Shown here: positions 34,886-35,548 of the stretch, one piece after another
How the letters are laid out: each line of letters starts with the position of its first letter
How positions within the stretch are numbered: position 1 is the stretch's first letter
Source of the DNA: Octopus sinensis
Lineage: Eukaryota
Reading direction: 5' to 3'
NCBI RefSeq assembly: GCF_006345805.1
Contig: NW_021829895.1
Location: forward strand, 1 to 35,548
DNA length: 35,548 nt
Translations under genes and position numbers: made by a program
Notes under the pieces: model-generated
The model's database searches: none
Seen by the model: the letters and a program-made list of their open reading frames with translations, nothing else
Told to the model about the DNA's origin: nothing

Positions 34886-35289
34886 TTAGCAAATGATGTG
34901 AAGGGGAAACAAACAAACAGCCCACAAACACACACTATGGGAGACGGTAGGGATTATAATTTTTGTACGACTTCATGGATTGGTCGTTGTTTAATTACGT
35001 ATTTAGTTGGTTATAATTTACTTATTGAATTTATTTATCGATACGTTTGTACATAGGGTAAATGTGTTTGAAAATTGTGGTTTCTTAGGTTTGTTTGTTC
35101 CCATACAACACTTCTTTTAGTGCTGTTGACACTGCCAGATTGAATGGTACTGCCCAGGTGTCGAAATCATAATGATATTCGTTGGGCTGCTCATGATGGG
35201 GGTATGTTGGATTGTTGGTATGGTTGTTTTTGTATATTTCGAACACTATTATAACACAACCTTTTGATATAAATATTTGTATGTTCTTG

Positions 35290-35548
35290 GTAGGTTTTTC
35301 ACACAGCTACCATCAACTAATTTAACTCACAACGCATTGGGCACACCGAAACTGTAGTAGAAGACACTAACTCCACGTGCCACACTATGGGATTGAACCC
35401 TAATTCGAGTGATTAGAGAGTGAGCTTCTTAACCTGAAAGACATGCAATTTCGGGTCAGGGGTAAGTTGATTACATCGATCCCAGTGTTGAACTGGTACT
35501 TATTTTATTGATCACGAAAGGTTGAAAGATGAAGTCGACCAAGGCAGA
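35290..35548 (-). mobile_element. Decayed SINE family C 5' part (35290-35435) and family A-variant body running off the window (35452-35548)
   Basis: GTAGTAGAAGACAC..GTGCCAC..GGGATTGAACCC matches family C. GATTACATCGATCCCAGTGTTGAACTGGTACTTATTTTATTGATC matches the family A core. Confidence 0.65.

Overview
This is AT-rich, microsatellite-dense eukaryotic intronic or intergenic DNA. The repeat families resemble octopus (Octopus sp.) repeats as I recall them; that attribution is an inference, not a database result. No intact protein-coding gene is supported. Almost all long ORFs in the track are translations of di-, tri- or tetranucleotide repeats. Recognisable coding remnants are all dead mobile elements: a mariner transposase with a Helitron-like element nested in it, a CR1 LINE 3' end, an R4/Dong-type endonuclease C-terminus, and probable L1/Tx1 3' ends. 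Several tRNA-derived SINE families occur as singletons, dimers and a 5-unit tandem array, along with two palindromic MITEs. The most interesting signal is a set of five minimal type I hammerhead ribozyme motifs from three unrelated short Penelope-like repeat families. One family has a compensatory G3:C8 swap of the catalytic core and another has a ~66-nt stem II. All three families show head-to-head fold-back structures, and in two of them the junction lies within a few nt of the predicted ribozyme cut. All folds were done by eye and ribozyme activity is untested.
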